Part shown: one piece after another, positions 62,438 to 64,000 of the stretch
Position numbering within the stretch: position 1 is the first letter of the stretch
Layout of the letters: each line of letters opens with the position of its first letter
Assembly (NCBI GenBank): GCA_008690995.1
Contig: VRMN01000020.1
Location: forward strand, 62,001 to 126,000
Source of the DNA: Porphyridium purpureum
Taxonomy: Eukaryota
Length of the DNA stretch: 64,000 nucleotides
Direction of reading: 5' to 3'
Position numbers and translations under genes: made by a program
The notes under the pieces: model-generated
Told to the model about the DNA's origin: nothing
Databases searched by the model: none
The model's input: only the letters and a program-made list of their open reading frames with translations

Positions 62438-64000
62438 CTAATACAAATCGCGATTACGCACGAATGAGCGAAACTGATTCAGGACAAGACCTGGGCGATG
62501 CGTGCGCTTGTATGAGATACGGTTGTTCACCTCGCCTTCGACGTATTGAATGATGGTCAAGTTGATGACGTCAAATACATAATTATCAAAGCGGATCCAC
62601 CCACAGTCGGCAAGCTCGGCTTCAACAAAAATCGGACCCGTCATGATCTGGCCGGATGGAAATTCTCGGACAATGGAGTGTTCGTCGGCAAGGTCACGTC
62701 CTCGGTCGGTGATCGACCAAAATTGCTTGATCCCTTTGCCATGAAAGCAAGTCACAAAATTTGACATGTTCGTGATCCTGATCTGGCCGTAAAGCAGCCC
62801 CGCCGACAGCGTCCGAATTCCCAGACTTTCCTCAAGAAGCGTGATGAGAATCAATATTGCGGTGAACAATGTCACCACGTTGAGAAGGTGCGTCGTCCAA
62901 TCTGAGTTTCCGAATATCGTGGTAAGGACGCTCACGGTGATGGCAAAAGTCCACATGCCCATCGCAACAGAGCGCGTCAACCAGTCGGCGGCGTAGAGTT
63001 TGTCATTATGAACCACTGTGGAACGACTTCTGAAGGGTTCGATTTTGATGCTGTCAGTATATGACGTGTCAAGTAACACTACGCTGTCCCACACTCGGAT
63101 GCGATAGGTATACTCATCACGATCATGCGTTGGCACATTGCGAAACACGGGTCTGAGCGAGACTATCACCAGCATGGTGCTCAGTATAAGTGCAATCAAT
63201 AGAGGAAAGCCAGCCTTTTCGGCTGCGGCGATGGCTGCAGGGTTATACGTACGAAAGGGCCACATAAAGTCTCTTAACATCCCGTCAATGTTCGAGGGCT
63301 TGTTCTTCTCGGATATCTGTGATGCCAACTCTTGTACCTCCTTATCATCAGGATCCACATAATCCAATACCAATGCAAGGGATTCGTTCTTCCATGCATG
63401 CCAAAGAGCCTTAAGCATTTGCAAAGTTATCTCGTTGAGCTCACCGCTGATTAGAAAGGGCGCTAGCGCTTTGAACAACGCATTGTCCAGCCGTATAATA
63501 CGACTGTTTCCATAATGCGACCGAAACGCTTTACCCGAACCGATCAGATTCGTCATCGTGCCGCTGACCTTGCGTTTTGTTTGGTCCGTTTGCGGGACGA
63601 AAGTCAGCAAGCTCTTGTCGTTCTCTACATCGAATACGTTCAGCACCTTTGCACGCGGCTCGAGTTCATGATCCATCGCAAGCTTGTAGTCACTTCGTTT
63701 CATGCCTCCATGAATCCCACCTGGCAACGGATAGAACTTGATGACGTCTTTTTCCCTGTAGTCTGCAATAGCCAACTCGAGTTCGAAGATTTCTTTTTCG
63801 TGCGCTTTCAGAACGGCCCTCGGTGGTCTCACAGTGAAACCATTGGCAAGTGACTCTGGGTTTAGATCCTCCGCGCAACCGACGCCAACTTTGTCGATTA
63901 AACTCATGATCCTCTTCACAATACTCAAAAATCGGAACATGCGCCGAGTGAGCTCGGGCGTCTCGGACAAGAAAAGAAACTTCAGCGGTGAGCGCTTGCT
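62438..64000 (-). CDS. Hypothetical multi-pass membrane protein, open to the window edge (5' partial)
   Basis: More than 510 codons with no stop up to position 64000; hydrophobic segments FPLLIALILSTMLVIVSL, VAMGMWTFAITVSVLTTIF and LLNVVTLFTAILILITLL; no family recognised. Confidence 0.7.
   Translation of the reverse strand, partial: SKRSPLKFLFLSETPELTRRMFRFLSIVKRIMSLIDKVGVGCAEDLNPESLANGFTVRPPRAVLKAHEKEIFELELAIADYREKDVIKFYPLPGGIHGGMKRSDYKLAMDHELEPRAKVLNVFDVENDKSLLTFVPQTDQTKRKVSGTMTNLIGSGKAFRSHYGNSRIIRLDNALFKALAPFLISGELNEITLQMLKALWHAWKNESLALVLDYVDPDDKEVQELASQISEKNKPSNIDGMLRDFMWPFRTYNPAAIAAAEKAGFPLLIALILSTMLVIVSLRPVFRNVPTHDRDEYTYRIRVWDSVVLLDTSYTDSIKIEPFRSRSTVVHNDKLYAADWLTRSVAMGMWTFAITVSVLTTIFGNSDWTTHLLNVVTLFTAILILITLLEESLGIRTLSAGLLYGQIRITNMSNFVTCFHGKGIKQFWSITDRGRDLADEHSIVREFPSGQIMTGPIFVEAELADCGWIRFDNYVFDVINLTIIQYVEGEVNNRISYKRTHRPGLVLNQFRSFVRNRDLY

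Overview
This is gene-dense, almost intron-free, GC-rich eukaryotic nuclear DNA. The gene content and style suggest a unicellular alga, possibly a Porphyridium-like red alga, but that assignment is an inference. From left to right the window holds: a decayed Ty1/copia pol relic; an MsrB-fold protein lacking the catalytic motif; a small EF-hand protein; a uroporphyrinogen-III C-methyltransferase; and a tandem array of five paralogous PPR-like helical-repeat genes. A roughly 34-kb block of defence/redox-type genes follows. It contains a head-to-head DUOXA/DUOX pair (the animal dual-oxidase arrangement, here with degenerate EF-hands), a secreted trypsin-Hint (Hog) fusion, a head-to-head pair of paralogous AIG1/GIMAP-like GTPases (one lacking the P-loop lysine and fused to an alpha-kinase), an NAD kinase, an MLKL-like four-helix-bundle/kinase/Sel1-repeat protein, and a DUF285/BspA-type surface protein with a decayed third module. 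A 5'-truncated membrane-protein ORF ends the window. All calls come from motif recognition by eye; no database searches were run.
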